Assembly (NCBI RefSeq): GCF_006345805.1
Contig: NC_043007.1
Span: 4,402,001-4,466,000 of the forward strand
DNA: 64,000 nucleotides
Reading direction: 5' to 3'
DNA from: Octopus sinensis
Taxonomy: Eukaryota
The position numbers were made by a program, and so were the translations under genes. This document shows positions 62,075-64,000 of the stretch, piece after piece (the first letter of the stretch is position 1; the number at the start of each line of letters is the position of its first letter). The notes under the pieces are model-generated. The model made no database searches. It worked only from the letters and a program-made list of their open reading frames with translations, and was not told the origin of the DNA.

Positions 62075-62559
62075 AATTACAATGTCTAGGCATAAATGTT
62101 TCTTTTGAATCTTCATATCCTTTAGTATCATTTCATGTTCTGCTTTATGGTCACAGCTCGCATCCAAACTTTCCCCAACTTTCCCACTGTAAGATATTAG
62201 CCCCTTGTCTTCTCTCCAATTCTCACAAACCTTCTGATCAGGCATCTTACATTCAGATACTTCGTGGGCAGCTGTCCCTTCTCTTTCAGCACATATTCTT
62301 GATGCAGCTGAGCTGTCTTCTTTATTCTTTCTGACGTATCACATCAGCTGGTATCAAGCTCCTTTTGCAATTCTCTCCTTTCTTTAACCCCTGCATCAAC
62401 TTGTCTAAGTACCCTTTCTCTCTAACTTTGCAGTTGAGCTTTTCTCTTTCTATTTTTGCTTCTTAGCTCTGAGGATTTCTCTTTTATCAATCTCTAACCT
62501 AACATCTCATTTTATTCATACTTTACCCTCCAAACAAACAAATCAACAAGGTCATTTCA

Positions 62560-62768
62560 CTGCCAGACAAAATGCCTTCTGGTGTTTGTTCTCACTTCTT
62601 TTATGCCGAGTTCAAATCCCACTCTGATCATCTTTGTCTTTCATTCTTTTTGGGGTTGATAAAATAAGTAACTGCCGACCACTGGTGTGGGGTGGGAGGC
62701 GGTCGGGTGACGTAACTGACTAACCCCTCCCCTCTAAAATTACTGGCCTTGTGTCAAAACTTGAAACA
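62560..62768 (+). mobile_element. Diverged SINE family B
   Basis: Contains gagttcaaatccc..gtctttcattc..ggggttgataaaataagta..ggccttgtgtcaaaacttgaaac. Confidence 0.75.
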
Positions 62769-62858
62769 GTTATTGTTCTGTATTGGTATTGTTGTCATCA
62801 TCGTCATTTTTATCATTGTCGTTATCGTCAACATTGTCATCATTCATCATCGTCATCA

Positions 62859-62901
<43 letters not shown>

Positions 62902-63719
62902 GTTTTCATTATTTCTTTCTTTAATTTTGGAATCTAATACTAGATTATGTTGCCACCTTCAAGAACTGAAATCAGCCAGTAAATTTGGCCCTAAAGCATT
63001 TTATACTTATTTATTTGGTACTTAATCTAAATCTTCAACACATTTTAATTATTCTATTCTTTCCCAATAAAGTTGCTTTTGCTCTGCTTTTGGGTATTCT
63101 CTTTTCATTTTGATTTCTATTTTAGTTAATCATTTCCGTAATCTATTAGAGGTCGTATCAGTCTTGCTAATACATTTGTTTTCTTTTTGATGGCAGCATA
63201 TTTGCAATCTCTTCTTTGAGATCCCGATCATTCTCCATATTATCAAGTGTCTCCAGGTATTGCAGTAGCAATTATCCTACACTTTTCTTCATTCTTTGGT
63301 TAATTACTAGAATATAAGATCTACCGTTCTCTGTCATACAGTTGCATTACATAGTGAAATACAGGTGAGTGTCGATGCTGTTTCACAACACTAATTTACA
63401 TATGGCACATATTTCAGAAATGGCAAAGTGACTGAATCACCAGAGCATCAGGCAAAACGCATTCTGACATTTCCTTCTCAATTCAAATCTCAAAGAGATC
63501 AGTTTTTCCTTTCATCTTTATGGAAATCACTAATCTAAGTACCAATATTGCTTATCTGGTCAAATACAGGGATTAATATAATCAACTGCTCCATCCTTTC
63601 ACTCCCCCCCCACTCACTAAAAAATAATGTGTGGGCCTTGTGCATATCCTGAAGAATATCATTATTATTTGTTATCACTATAAAGGATGGTAACTGGCTG
63701 AATGATAGGGGTTTGAATG

Positions 63720-63960
63720 AAATACCTATTTCTTTACTACCCACAAGGGGCTAAACACAGAGGGGACAAACAAGGACAGACAAACGGATTAAGTCAATTA
63801 CATTGAACCCAGTGCATAACTGGTACTTATTTAATTGACCCTGAAAGGATGAACGATAAAGTCGACCTCGGCAGAATTTGAACTCAGAACATAGCTACTG
63901 ATGAAATACTACTAAGCATTTCGCCCAGTGTGCTAACGTTTCTACCAGCTTGCCACCTTG
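63720..63960 (-). mobile_element. SINE family B monomer with tail 1
   Basis: Reverse complement of 59822-60060. Confidence 0.88.
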
Positions 63961-64000
63961 ACTGTAATACCATGTAGTATTTATTCACTTATAGCCCTTT

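Overview
Eukaryotic, AT-rich, repeat-dense DNA. The repeat families point to an octopus/coleoid cephalopod genome; this is my inference from recognising the SINE/LINE families, not a database result. I cannot support any host protein-coding gene: most ORFs on the track are microsatellite or SINE read-through. The window holds decayed R4/Dong-type RLE retrotransposons sitting in (TAA)n, RTE LINE fragments with many 3'-UTR copies, CR1-group LINE 3' ends, Penelope-like RT remnants, Tc1/mariner and TTAA-type DNA-transposon relics, at least three tRNA-derived SINE families (about 40 copies), minisatellites, long microsatellites, a 679-bp tandem duplication and a 100-N gap. Most interesting: (1) a ~480-bp palindrome at 61.6-62.07 kb made of two head-to-head units, each with a tRNA-like Pol III head, a microsatellite and a minimal type I hammerhead ribozyme motif, a candidate Penelope-mobilised ribozyme SINE; (2) further dispersed hammerhead motifs, one with an intact core at 58991-59045; (3) a 39-nt 3' tail shared by the commonest SINE and a young CR1-group LINE, with compensatory hairpin changes; (4) microsatellite-targeted stacking of Dong elements and SINEs; (5) a 5'-half tRNA-Lys retrocopy. 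Repeat boundaries were read by eye and are approximate.
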